64,000 bases of DNA from an uncultured Smithella sp. (GCA_964608995.1 CAZSQS010000001.1:25143-89142); one strand, 5' to 3'; numbered from the stretch's first letter, positions 29,262-39,397 are shown. Made by a program: numbers and translations. The notes: generated by a model from the sequence alone, not told the origin.

Positions 29262-30890
29262 TTACTTTTTACTGACTTGATCCTTGAGCCGCTTGATATG
29301 GCCGCGGCCCAGGCCCTTCACTTCACAGCCGAGTTTCAGATATTGACGGATGCGATCATCATCGAGAATGCCGAAGCAGTCAATGACGGCGATGGGGTGT
29401 CCGGCCGCCTTGACGATTTTTTCCGGATCGAGGTTTAAATAGGCCTCATGCCGGACGGCCAAAACCAGTGCGTCAATGTTTTTGAGCGACGCATTGAGAT
29501 CCTTCTGGACGCGCAGGTCTTTGAGCTTTTTCTGGTTGCGGAAAAAGACCGCCTTGCCGTTATTGGGATAGTCGTCCTGATTTTCAAACTCGAACCAGTG
29601 ATCGACGTAGGGGTCGTGCACGCGGATTTCCGCGCCCATTTCGGTTAAACGGCGGATAAGGATTTCGGAGCCGCTGTAACGTGTGTCGCCCACGTCTTCG
29701 CGGTAGGACGCGCCCAGGATCAGCACCTCGGCGCTGGCGATGGGCAGGCTCATGTTGCGAAGCGCGTCGCGCACCAGCTGCGCTGCGTGCAGCGAGCGCG
29801 TGTCGTTGATGTCGATGGCCATGGGCGTCATTTTAAACGTGTCGTCTTCAAAGCCCAGAATGTGGCGGTTGGCCCAGACGCCCAGACCCCCGTCTTTCGG
29901 CAGGCAATAGCCGCCGATGCCGGGGCCGGGAAAAATCATGTTGGAATGCGTCGGACGCACCTTGATGGCTTTTATGACCTTCACCAGGTCCACGCCGTTT
30001 CGCTCGGCAAAGAGGCTCCATTCATCCAGAAACGCCAGAATCGTGGCGCGGTAACTGTTTTCCACGACTTTGGCGGTTTCGGATTCGATGGGCCGATCCA
30101 GAACGGTGAGCGGGAATTTTTTCGTGTTGAGCACTTCGTTTAAAAATTTCACCACCCGTTTTTTGGCCTCTTCATTCACGCCGGAGCAGACGCGCCAGAA
30201 GTCGCGGATGGAGGCGACGTAGTCGCGGCCCGGCATGACGCGCTCATAGCTGTGGGCGATGAGCGGATCGGTGGCGATGCCCCGCGCGCGGAAGACTTTG
30301 CGCATGGCCGGAAGCGCCACCTGCTCGGTGGTGCCGGGCGCAACGGTGGTTTCAATGAGCACCAGGCAATGCGCGGGAATGTGCCGGGCAATGATGTCAA
30401 ACGATTCTTCCAGCGCTGACATTTCCACGTGTCCGTTTCGGACATTGCCCAGTTCGTTTTTGGCGTAGTCGAGCTGCACATCCACCACGACCACGTCTGC
30501 GTGTTTCAGGACATCATAGACAAACGTGGCGACCAGCGTTTTCTTTTTCAGTACGCAGCGCCGGATCATCGGATCGACTTCGGGGTCTTCCGCCTTGACC
30601 GGCGAGATGCCTTCATTGAGCTTGGGAATTTTCCAGTAGCTTCGCGTGCTGGGCCGTTGCATGCCAATGACAAATTTTCCGGACTTCCCGCTCTCATCCG
30701 TTGTGTCGGCGATGATGGCCGCCATGACGGAGCCCACAAAGCCTACGCCCATGACCACGACCACTTCCTGCCCTTTTTTGCGGGCGGCCGCCACAAGCTT
30801 ATCGATGCGCGCGATTTCTTTTTTGTAATCTTCTTTTTTGGGGAGTGGATACTTGATGCCGTCGGGACTGATGGAAACAGATTGCGTCAT
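29262..30890 (-). CDS. nucleotide-sugar dehydrogenase (UDP-glucose/GDP-mannose dehydrogenase family; WecC/TviB-like)
   Basis: Rossmann VVVMGVGFVGSVMA and the catalytic-Cys motif GGYCLPKD. Confidence 0.85.
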   Translation of the reverse strand: MTQSVSISPDGIKYPLPKKEDYKKEIARIDKLVAAARKKGQEVVVVMGVGFVGSVMAAIIADTTDESGKSGKFVIGMQRPSTRSYWKIPKLNEGISPVKAEDPEVDPMIRRCVLKKKTLVATFVYDVLKHADVVVVDVQLDYAKNELGNVRNGHVEMSALEESFDIIARHIPAHCLVLIETTVAPGTTEQVALPAMRKVFRARGIATDPLIAHSYERVMPGRDYVASIRDFWRVCSGVNEEAKKRVVKFLNEVLNTKKFPLTVLDRPIESETAKVVENSYRATILAFLDEWSLFAERNGVDLVKVIKAIKVRPTHSNMIFPGPGIGGYCLPKDGGLGVWANRHILGFEDDTFKMTPMAIDINDTRSLHAAQLVRDALRNMSLPIASAEVLILGASYREDVGDTRYSGSEILIRRLTEMGAEIRVHDPYVDHWFEFENQDDYPNNGKAVFFRNQKKLKDLRVQKDLNASLKNIDALVLAVRHEAYLNLDPEKIVKAAGHPIAVIDCFGILDDDRIRQYLKLGCEVKGLGRGHIKRLKDQVSKK

Positions 30891-30914
30891 AAAAATCTCC
30901 TTAATAAAATGAAT

Positions 30915-31766
30915 TTAACGAATTAAAAGCACCGGAATCGGGCTTTTTTTAATGATGCAGGAGGTGGTGCTGCCGAGGAGCCATTCGCGCAGCCGGTTGT
31001 GGCCGTAGGCGCCCATGACCATGAGCTCGACCGAACCCTGCTCGATAAAGCTCAAAATGTCCTCCGGCTCCCGCCCCGGCAGGATGACCACCTCGCAGTC
31101 CGCCTGCCCGGAAGTTTCGTCGATGTCGTTCATGTCTTCCACTTCCGCCGTCAGGGCCGTCGCCTTTTCTGTGTCGGGCGTGACGATAATGACGGTGAGA
31201 GGCCATTTGGCCCGGCGGGAAATTTCCAGCGAGAGTTTCAGCGCCTTTTTCGCCGGTTCGCTTCCGTCGTAACCCAACCCCATGCTTTCGATTTCGCGAA
31301 AGCTCTCCGGCATGATCCAGACGGGTTTCCCGGCGCGGCGCACCACCGCTTCGGCGACGGAGCCTAAGAGTTCACCCCCCGGCAGATGAAAGTGTTCGCC
31401 TTTTCGCGCCATCAGAATCGTATCCGCCTGCTTAGCCCCGTCGATAATCGCATCGCTGATTTTACCGATGGTCTTGGCGCTGGTTGAGGTCATGCCCGCT
31501 TCTTTGCAGCGCGCTTCGAAGTCCTTGAGAATGGCGTCCGCTTTCTCCTGAAGCGATTTTTCCAGTGTTTCATAGTAGCCGTCGTAGGGGGGAATGCCGA
31601 CCGTGGCGGAAATATCGGTCATGACCGGCCCCTGGAGCATAAAGATGTCGATGACATGCAACGCGGCCAGCGTTGCGTCGATTTTTGGGGCGATATACAA
31701 GCCGTATTGGACGGCGGTGTTGCTGTTGTCGGAACCGTCCACTGGGATCAGGATCGTTTGACTCAT
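30915..31766 (-). CDS. tandem-domain universal stress protein (UspA family)
   Basis: Two Usp domains (ILIPVDGSDNS.. and ..LMVMGAYGHNRLREWLLGSTTSCIIKKSPIPVLLIR). Confidence 0.85.
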   Translation of the reverse strand: MSQTILIPVDGSDNSNTAVQYGLYIAPKIDATLAALHVIDIFMLQGPVMTDISATVGIPPYDGYYETLEKSLQEKADAILKDFEARCKEAGMTSTSAKTIGKISDAIIDGAKQADTILMARKGEHFHLPGGELLGSVAEAVVRRAGKPVWIMPESFREIESMGLGYDGSEPAKKALKLSLEISRRAKWPLTVIIVTPDTEKATALTAEVEDMNDIDETSGQADCEVVILPGREPEDILSFIEQGSVELMVMGAYGHNRLREWLLGSTTSCIIKKSPIPVLLIR

Positions 31767-31796
31767 CGCGTTCTCCTTCCGGCCGGGAAGATGATG

Positions 31797-32450
31797 TTAT
31801 TTGGACTTTTTTTCGAAATGCTTCAGGTCATCGAGCAGACCCGCCACGTCTTTTTCCGACCACACGCGGCTGGACTCGTCCTCTTCGATACCCTCGTCGT
31901 CAGCGGAGGCGCCGTTTTCCTTGTAGGCCAGAAATTTTCCAGCGAGCTTGCCGTTTTTATGCGTTGCTTTTTCTTTCACCTGGCCGTTTTTATAGTAGGC
32001 GATATAGTCGCCGTCACGCCGGTCATTTTTGAAAAATCCCTGTTCCTTAACGGCGCCGTTCTTGAAATAGCAGGTATAGGGGCCATCGAACTTTCCCATG
32101 GAGAAATGTTCTTCTTCGCGCAGTTCGCCGGACTTGTAGTAGCGGCGATAAACGCCGTCGAGCTTGCCGTTTTTATAATGCTCTTCTTCCCGCACATGTC
32201 CGCTTTCAAAGTAGCACACATACGGGCCGTCTTTGAGGCCGTTGACAAACCGGACTTTTTCACGCAGCTGGCCATGGGCGTAGAAGCTTTCCGCCGGGCC
32301 GTCTTTTTTGCCGGACACAAAGTTCAGGCGCGCCATGACCTGACCATTGGAAAAGCAGGAAAGATATTCTCCTTCGAGCTTGCCTTCCTCAAGATATTTT
32401 TTTTCCTTGATCGCACCATTGGGGTAATGAAGAATTTTTTCTTCGGCCAT
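31797..32450 (-). CDS. MORN-repeat (YwqK-like) protein
   Basis: About 8 repeats of the YxNGxLxGxxxxYYxxG pattern. Confidence 0.8.
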   Translation of the reverse strand: MAEEKILHYPNGAIKEKKYLEEGKLEGEYLSCFSNGQVMARLNFVSGKKDGPAESFYAHGQLREKVRFVNGLKDGPYVCYFESGHVREEEHYKNGKLDGVYRRYYKSGELREEEHFSMGKFDGPYTCYFKNGAVKEQGFFKNDRRDGDYIAYYKNGQVKEKATHKNGKLAGKFLAYKENGASADDEGIEEDESSRVWSEKDVAGLLDDLKHFEKKSK

Positions 32451-32479
32451 AATCCGTCCAATCCGTTTGAATAAAATAG

Positions 32480-33589
32480 TTAGAAGCGAACGCCCAGTGT
32501 CAGCAGGCCGTCGATTTGCACGCTTTCGATTTCATGTTCGATTTCCCAGCGGTGTCCCGCGTAGTACCACTGCTCGCCTTCATAGATATCCGCATAAATG
32601 TGGCTATCCTGTGTGCCTTTAGCGGAGTAGTACAACAAATTGACGCGCAGGCCCGCAAATATATTTTGCGTAAAGGCGTAATTTCCTTCAAGCCCGAATT
32701 TGACCGCGTAACCTGTCGCATCCGTGGTCATGATGCGGTTGCGAAGCAGATGATTGTCTTCATCCTTGGCCCACAGATAAGGCGATCCGCCAAGGCTGGC
32801 CGACACATCAAACCGGCCTAATTTGGATTTGAGCAGAAACTCCGCATAAGGCATGTAAAGCCACGACCGGTAGGTGCACACCGGGCCGCCCGCGTAGTCG
32901 TGACCCAGCTGGGGATCCCGCGGATACCATTGATCGAGGTTGCTGGCCACCCAGAAGTAGTCCTGATACAGAAAGCCCGCCCCGACGCCCATGGCGAAAG
33001 AGGACCGGTTGCGAAACTGGCGTTCGAAAATCCAGTAGCGCGCGGACAGATCCGCGCCATGGCCCTGAAAATCCGTTGCGCTTTCCGAATAAACGTCCGG
33101 TTTGTTCCCGTAAAGCTCCGGGTCGTAGTCCCAATCGGAATCCTCCATTTTGCCGCTCAAATTATTGGTGAGATTGCGCATCACTGAGCCGCGAAGCGCA
33201 AAGCGGCGCCCCAGATGAACCTCGCCGCCGACTTCACCCATAATGGCGTTGATGGGCCACTTCAGTTCGCTGATCGGAAAATGCAGCTCTCCGGACGTGC
33301 CTTGTGAAAAGTCCGTGAATTTGCCGCCGATCTGATAGGCGTTGTGGCCGAACTTGTGTCCCGCTGCCACCCAAACCGAGAAGCGCTCGTTGGTGATGGT
33401 TCCATAGCGTCGGTTTGTCAGGTCAAGCGCCGGCTCTTCGGCCGAAACGATGTCGTTAGCCTGCGCGTTTTCCTCATCGGAGGCAACGCTCGCCGGGGAG
33501 GGGCTTTTTGGTTCCGCCCAAACGTTCGCAGAAAGGATCAATGTCAGCACAAAAAAGACGGCCATGCCTGTGCGGATGTTTTTTGTCAT
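32480..33589 (-). CDS. outer-membrane beta-barrel protein (subfamily unclear)
   Basis: Signal peptide (..SANVWA-EP), alternating beta-strand pattern and a C-terminal ..LGVRF aromatic terminus. Confidence 0.5.
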   Translation of the reverse strand: MTKNIRTGMAVFFVLTLILSANVWAEPKSPSPASVASDEENAQANDIVSAEEPALDLTNRRYGTITNERFSVWVAAGHKFGHNAYQIGGKFTDFSQGTSGELHFPISELKWPINAIMGEVGGEVHLGRRFALRGSVMRNLTNNLSGKMEDSDWDYDPELYGNKPDVYSESATDFQGHGADLSARYWIFERQFRNRSSFAMGVGAGFLYQDYFWVASNLDQWYPRDPQLGHDYAGGPVCTYRSWLYMPYAEFLLKSKLGRFDVSASLGGSPYLWAKDEDNHLLRNRIMTTDATGYAVKFGLEGNYAFTQNIFAGLRVNLLYYSAKGTQDSHIYADIYEGEQWYYAGHRWEIEHEIESVQIDGLLTLGVRF

Positions 33590-33785
33590 GGGATTTTTTC
33601 ACCTCGCGGTTTTCAGAATACGAAATATACTGATTTTTTAAACAATTCTGCGGGATATTGCAACCAAAATTCCCGTCTGCCGACAAAAAGGGTTTACTTT
33701 TTTTAAAAACGGAATTAGGGTTTGATGCGCCGGAGACGCGATTCTATTGACCGGTAAAATACTATATATTTAAGAAGCGTTATTC

Positions 33786-34979
33786 ATGATCGTTGCCAAT
33801 TTAGACACCACAAGAGTGGCCATTATCGGTCCCGGGCGGCTCGGCACTTCGTTTGCCTACAAAATGGGGCGAGACGGCAAGCGCGTGGCGATTTATTACC
33901 ATAACTCGGATGTGTGCAAGGCGATCAACCGCGATCACTTAAATCCCATTCATCTGACCGATGATCTGGCCCGCCGCACGGGGGGCATGGAGGCGGTTCC
34001 CAGGCTGTCGCCGAAGGTTTACGCCACCAACGACCTGGAGCATATCGTTGAGAACAACGACTTCATCATTCTGGCCGTGACCATGAACCGGCTGCCGGAA
34101 CTGCTCAATTATCTCAAGCCGATGATTGAACGCAAAAACGGCGACACCTGCCTGATCTCCCCCATCAAGGGGCTCATCGCCGACGAAAGAACGAAGGAGC
34201 TCATCACGCCCTCGCAGCTGATCGCCCACCATCTGTATCATCTGGAACATAAATATCAGGTGGCCTGTATCGGCGGACCCTTCTTCGATGTGGATATCGC
34301 GCTGGGAAAACCCGTGTGCGTCACGGTTGCGGGTAAGCGCCGCACCGCCAATATCATCCGGGACTATCTGCTGATGTTCAACCGCAAGGAGCTCAACGCC
34401 TATTACAATTTTGACGTGATTGGCGTGGAAGCCTGCGGCGCGCTGAAAAACATCGTGGCCAATATCAAGGGCCTGGCGGATTCCCTGGATCTGGGCGACT
34501 CGATGCCCGGCACCATTTTCGCCCGCGCCGGTGTGGAAATCCGGTCTCTCTCTCGGGTGCTGGGCGGGCATTTTCAAGCCTTCCATTCCCAGGCGGGTGT
34601 GGGCGACCTGTATGTCACCATTTCATCGCTCGCCAGCAAAAATTACCGCTACGGGAAATATTTCTACGAACTCTACACGGGCAATCCCATTGAGACCAAT
34701 CTGCGCGTGTTGTCCAAAATCGATGGAACGCCGGAGGGGCCCAATACAATCCGCAACGTGTATAAATACCTGGAAAAGAAAAATATGTACTCGCCGCTTT
34801 TTTCCTGTGCCTACAATATCTTCAACAAGGGTGGCCATAAAGACGCCATTCGGGATATGATCATTGCCGCCTGTCAGTTTGATAAGCGCAAAAACGAATA
34901 CATCGGACCTTTTTCCCGCATGATGTATCGCGTGATTCCCGATTACTGGTACCGGCGGGAAAAAGAATTTTTTGAGTAA
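33786..34979 (+). CDS. NAD(P)H-dependent glycerol-3-phosphate dehydrogenase-like protein (GpsA family, extended)
   Basis: VAIIGPGRLGTSFA Rossmann motif and GALKNIVA. About 60 aa longer than typical GpsA. Confidence 0.65.
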   Translation: MIVANLDTTRVAIIGPGRLGTSFAYKMGRDGKRVAIYYHNSDVCKAINRDHLNPIHLTDDLARRTGGMEAVPRLSPKVYATNDLEHIVENNDFIILAVTMNRLPELLNYLKPMIERKNGDTCLISPIKGLIADERTKELITPSQLIAHHLYHLEHKYQVACIGGPFFDVDIALGKPVCVTVAGKRRTANIIRDYLLMFNRKELNAYYNFDVIGVEACGALKNIVANIKGLADSLDLGDSMPGTIFARAGVEIRSLSRVLGGHFQAFHSQAGVGDLYVTISSLASKNYRYGKYFYELYTGNPIETNLRVLSKIDGTPEGPNTIRNVYKYLEKKNMYSPLFSCAYNIFNKGGHKDAIRDMIIAACQFDKRKNEYIGPFSRMMYRVIPDYWYRREKEFFE

Positions 34980-36948
34980 CGTTGTGACAGCGAAGGGCCG
35001 CGTAAGAAAAACAATTCGACGTTCGATTCGAGGGATGTTCCGGTCAAAAAGGAAGCGCCCGGCGGTGGGCGGCTGTGGCGATCACGTCCAGGAAGGGTAT
35101 AACAACACCATGTGGAAACAAAAACTTGCTGCCCCGGAAGCCGTATTATCGAAAATCGAGCCGGGCATGAGCATCTTTTTAGGTTCGGGGATGTCGGAGC
35201 CGCGCACGCTCGTCAAGCATCTGATGGAATCGCGGCAGCCCAATCTTCAGGATCTGGAACTCATTCAGCTGGTCAGCCTGGGTGATGCCGTGGCCATTGA
35301 CGAGCGCTATGCGCGCAAATTCCGGCTCAAGACGTTCTTTTCCGGATGGCTGGCCTCCGAGGCCATCAGCGCCGGGCGGGTGGATTTAATTCCCAGCCGG
35401 TTTTCACGCATTCCCTGGCTTTTCAAAACCGGTGCGATTAATATCGACGTGGCCTTTATCCAGATCACGCCGCCCGACGACAACGGCTATTCGTACCTCG
35501 TTGGCGCCTCCGCCGAGCGGCAGGCCATGGAAGCCGCCGAAATTGTCGTGGGCGAAATTAACGCCAATGTTCCCCGCACCATGGGGGATACGCTGGTGAA
35601 CATGTCCGATTTTCACTATCTGGTCGAAGCCACGGAAGAGCCGCTTTACGTCGGACGCTGGCCGTTGCAGGACGTTTATCTGAAGATTGCCGCCAATGTC
35701 GCCTCCGTCATTGAAGACGGCAGTTGTATTTCATACGGCATCGGGCCACTTTACGAAGCCCTGGCCAAGACGCTTTCGATGCGGCGGCATCTGGGCGTTC
35801 ATTCGCCCTTCTTCACCGACGCGCTTATGGATCTGGTCAAAAGCGGCGCGGTGACCAACCGCAACAAGGGCGTGTTCCGCGGAAAATGCTGCGCCTCCTA
35901 CGTGATCGGCACGAAAGAGCTGATGACGTGGCTGGACTTAAACCCGCTGGTGGAATTCCAGCCGCAGGATATCGTCATGGATCCGCGCGCCATCGGCCTC
36001 AATGACAACATGGTGGCCATTTTTCCGGCGCGCAAAGTCGATCTGACCGGCGACATTGCCCTGCATATGGGCAAAGGCAACGTGACCGCCGGGCCCGGCA
36101 ATGTGCAGGAGCTTTTCTGGGGCGCGGGGCTCTCCCGGCACGGGCGCACTGTTTTTGCGCTCCCGAGCCGCAACCGCAAGGGGCGGCCCAACATCCTCTT
36201 GTCCGTGGACAAATATCCGTTTCAGTTCAACAACCGTGAATCCATGGATCTGGTGGTGACGGAATTCGGCGTGGCCTTCCTGATGGGCAAGACGCTGCGC
36301 GAGCGCGCGCAGGCGCTCATTGAAATTGCCCATCCCGACGATCGCGCCGAGCTGGTGCGCCAGGCCAAGGAAGCGAAGATGATCTACGCCGATCAGATTT
36401 ATTTTGCCGATTCGGGCAATCTCTATCCCGAGAAAATCGCCTGTTCGCACAAGTTCAAAGACGGGATGACCGTGCGGTTTCGGGCCATCAAGCCCTCCGA
36501 CGAGGAAGAAATGCGCAGGCTGTTTTACCGGTTTTCCGATCAGGCCGTCTATTACCGCTATTTCAGCCCGATCAAGACCATGCCGCATAAAAAAATGCAG
36601 GAATATGTCAACGTCGATTATCGTCACGCCATGTCGATTGTGGCGATCATTGATGATTCCGGCGTTGAAAAAATCATCGGCGAGGGCCGGTATGTGCGCT
36701 CTCAGACCGAGGCATTCGCGGATACCGCGTTCATCGTGGATGAAAACTATCAGGGCCGGGGCATCTCCACCTACCTGTTCAACCTGCTCATCAAGGCGGC
36801 CAGGGAGGATGGCGTTCCCGGATTCAAGGCGGACGTTCTGGAAAACAACCGGGCGATGCTGAAAGTGTATGAAAAGGCGCCCTTCCCGGTGAAAACCGTT
36901 TTATCCGAGGGCGTCTATAAAATATCCATTCCCTTTCAAACCCCCTGA
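34972..36948 (+). CDS. acetyl-CoA hydrolase/transferase-family domain fused to C-terminal GNAT acetyltransferase
   Basis: N-terminal pattern IEPGMSIFLGSGMSEPRTL. C-terminal GNAT region with QGRGISTYLF. The start may instead be the Met at 35110. Confidence 0.75.
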   Translation: MSNVVTAKGRVRKTIRRSIRGMFRSKRKRPAVGGCGDHVQEGYNNTMWKQKLAAPEAVLSKIEPGMSIFLGSGMSEPRTLVKHLMESRQPNLQDLELIQLVSLGDAVAIDERYARKFRLKTFFSGWLASEAISAGRVDLIPSRFSRIPWLFKTGAINIDVAFIQITPPDDNGYSYLVGASAERQAMEAAEIVVGEINANVPRTMGDTLVNMSDFHYLVEATEEPLYVGRWPLQDVYLKIAANVASVIEDGSCISYGIGPLYEALAKTLSMRRHLGVHSPFFTDALMDLVKSGAVTNRNKGVFRGKCCASYVIGTKELMTWLDLNPLVEFQPQDIVMDPRAIGLNDNMVAIFPARKVDLTGDIALHMGKGNVTAGPGNVQELFWGAGLSRHGRTVFALPSRNRKGRPNILLSVDKYPFQFNNRESMDLVVTEFGVAFLMGKTLRERAQALIEIAHPDDRAELVRQAKEAKMIYADQIYFADSGNLYPEKIACSHKFKDGMTVRFRAIKPSDEEEMRRLFYRFSDQAVYYRYFSPIKTMPHKKMQEYVNVDYRHAMSIVAIIDDSGVEKIIGEGRYVRSQTEAFADTAFIVDENYQGRGISTYLFNLLIKAAREDGVPGFKADVLENNRAMLKVYEKAPFPVKTVLSEGVYKISIPFQTP

Positions 36949-37056
36949 TTCCCCTTTTTACCCGTTGAGACAGGTGGCGAAGGGTTTGGCGCGGAGGGGT
37001 TTCTGTCTTAACGGAAGCCAAAACAACGCGGATGATGACGAAGGATTTTGAGGCCC

Positions 37057-38106
37057 ATGGAAGACAAAAAATTGCGCTTGACTGAAACCGTCAAGGGCGC
37101 GGGTTGAGCCTGTAAAATCGGTCCGGGCGACCTGTCTGATATTCTGCGCGATTTGCCGCTGATCTCCGATCCGCATTTATTGACCGGATATGAATACGCG
37201 GAAGATGCGGGCGTGTATCAACTTTCCGACGATCTCGCGCTGGTGCAGACGCTCGATTTTTTTACGCCGATTGTGGATGATCCCTACCTGTTCGGGCAGA
37301 TCGCCGCGACCAACTCCATCAATGACGTCTATGCAATGGGCGGCAAGCCCGTCACGGCGATGAACATTGTCTGCTTCCCCATCAAAACCATGGACAAGGC
37401 CATCCTGCGCGACGTGCTTCGCGGAGGACTCGACAAAATGCGCGAGGCGGGTGTGCTGCTTCTGGGTGGCCACTCCGTGGAGGATGATGAACTCAAATAC
37501 GGCCTGTCCGTCACCGGTCTGATTGATCCGAAAAAAGTTCTTTTCAACCGGGGCGCAAAACCGGGCGATAAGCTGATTCTGACCAAGCCCCTGGGCACGG
37601 GGATTATCAGCACGGCCATCAAGGCGGGCGTGGCCAGCCCCGAGATGATCCGTCAGGCGGCCTCCGTCATGGCCAGGCTCAACAAGACCGCCTCCGAGCT
37701 GATGCTTACGGCAGGCGACATTCACTCCTGCACGGATATTACCGGATTCGGATTTTTCGGTCACGCCTGTGAAACCATCGAAGGCGCTGAGGTGGGGCTG
37801 AATATTGCGGCTTCCGCGCTTCCCGTGCTTGATGGCGTGCAGGATCTGATCGAGACGGGCATGATTCCCGGCGGTCTGTACCGCAACCGGAATTTCCGCA
37901 TTGCCTTTATTGAAAAAGCGCCGTCTTGTCCGGACTGGATTTATGATCTTTGTTTCGATCCACAAACCGCAGGCGGCCTGTTTTTCAGCCTGCCCGCCTT
38001 CAAGGCCCAATCCCTGGTGGAAAAGCTGCGCGACGCGGGCGTGACGGATGCCGCCATCGTAGGAGAGGTGGTCTCCGATCACCCGGGGAAAATCGTCATT
38101 GCGTGA
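37057..38106 (+). CDS. selD: selenide, water dikinase SelD, selenocysteine-containing (UGA at 37105-37107 read as Sec)
   Basis: In frame with ORF 37153..38106. Upstream ATG 37057 gives MEDKKLRLTETVKGAG-U-ACKIGPGDLSDIL, collinear with the E. coli SelD GAGCGCKI active site. Downstream motifs: DDAGVY, TLDFFTPIVDDPYLFGQIAATNSINDVYAMGG, GGHS. Confidence 0.85.
37105..37107 (+). other. in-frame UGA selenocysteine codon of selD
   Basis: TGA sits at the position of the catalytic Cys/Sec. A candidate downstream stem, GGTC-cgggc-GACC, lies at 37120-37132. Confidence 0.75.
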
Positions 38107-38130
38107 CGTCTTTTCCCGATGTCTGATGGT

Positions 38131-38475
38131 TTACACTCTGCCGTATTTGTCTTCCAGCCGTTCGATATCATCTTCGCCGAAATAGCTCCCGGTTTGCACC
38201 TCGATGATCACCAGATCATCGGAAGTGGTATTTTCCAGACGGTGCGTCGCGCCCACCGGAATATCCACCGCGCATCCGGTATTTAAGGGATGTGGCCTTC
38301 CGTCAATGCTCGCGAGGCCTTTGCCCGAAACGGCATACCAGTGTTCCGCCCGCTTTGAATGGCGCTGAAGACTTAAACACCCGCCGGGCGACACCACAAT
38401 CCGTTTCACCTTATGATCCGCCGCATCGGCCAGCACTTCAAAATATCCCCAGGGACGTTTACCTTCGTGATCCAT
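38131..38475 (-). CDS. cupin-domain protein (type II phosphomannose-isomerase C-terminal-like)
   Basis: RPWGYFEVL..KRIVVSPGGCLSLQRHSKRAEHWYAVSG..HRLEN. Confidence 0.7.
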   Translation of the reverse strand: MDHEGKRPWGYFEVLADAADHKVKRIVVSPGGCLSLQRHSKRAEHWYAVSGKGLASIDGRPHPLNTGCAVDIPVGATHRLENTTSDDLVIIEVQTGSYFGEDDIERLEDKYGRV

Positions 38476-38488
38476 TTTCGCCCTGCCT

Positions 38489-39397
38489 CTAATCCGTAAT
38501 TTTAAAATCGATGCTTCCCACAGGCGTTTCCTGCTCGCTGGTTCGGGACCAGATCATAAAGTCAATTCTCCAGTCTCCGGTTATCCCTGGATTAATGGAA
38601 AGAATAGTGAATCCCGGCATATAAAAGCCGTGTGGCCCGTATACCGTGACCTGCCCCCTGGGATCCGTCAGGCGGTATTTGTATAAATACTTGGCCACGC
38701 CGTTTGAATTCAAATAGTCTTTCACCGGCGGCCCGACAAGCCAGGCGCCGAAAACTTTTCCGCGTCCGGTCAGCGCTCCGCGGTTTTGCAGCTCCTTTAA
38801 CGACCAGGTGTTTCGTTTCTCCACAATGCGAAGCTCGGTATCATAGGCGGCATCATCGTAAATGCCGATGCCCATATCCCTGAGCTGCCAGTCCGCGAGG
38901 GCGGGTTTGGGTGCATCCGTTTCCGTCATTGTAAAATTCATGGCCCCAACCGGTCTTTCCTGGCCGCTTGAGCGCGAGAAGATCATAAACTCAATTTTCC
39001 AGTTTCCCGCTATTGAGGGGTTAATAAATATCGTTGTAAATCCCGGCATATAAAAGCCGTGCGGCCCGGACACCGTGACCTGCCCCTTAGGATCGGTCAG
39101 GCGGTATTTGTAAAGATATTCCGCCTGGCCGTTGGCATTGAGATACGTACTGACCGGCGGCCCGACAAGCCAGGCGCCGAACACTTTTCCGCGTCCGGTC
39201 AGCGCTCCGCGGCCTTGGAGCTCTTTGATCGACCAGGTGTTGCGCTTTTCCACGATACGCAGTTCGGTATCGTAGGCGGCATCGTCATAAATGCCGATGC
39301 CCATATCCGTGGGCTGCCAGCCATTGGCGGCCACCGGGAAGACAAAAGCAAAATACATAACGGCGACCGACAGAAAAAATGTATATCGCTTATTCAT
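38489..39397 (-). CDS. secreted protein of unknown function built from two tandem ~140 aa repeats
   Basis: Signal peptide (..FVFPVAANG). Two near-identical units (W..DMGIGIYDDAAYDTELRIVEKRNTWS.KELQ.RGALTGRGKVFGAWLVGPPV...). Confidence 0.6.
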   Translation of the reverse strand: MNKRYTFFLSVAVMYFAFVFPVAANGWQPTDMGIGIYDDAAYDTELRIVEKRNTWSIKELQGRGALTGRGKVFGAWLVGPPVSTYLNANGQAEYLYKYRLTDPKGQVTVSGPHGFYMPGFTTIFINPSIAGNWKIEFMIFSRSSGQERPVGAMNFTMTETDAPKPALADWQLRDMGIGIYDDAAYDTELRIVEKRNTWSLKELQNRGALTGRGKVFGAWLVGPPVKDYLNSNGVAKYLYKYRLTDPRGQVTVYGPHGFYMPGFTILSINPGITGDWRIDFMIWSRTSEQETPVGSIDFKITD

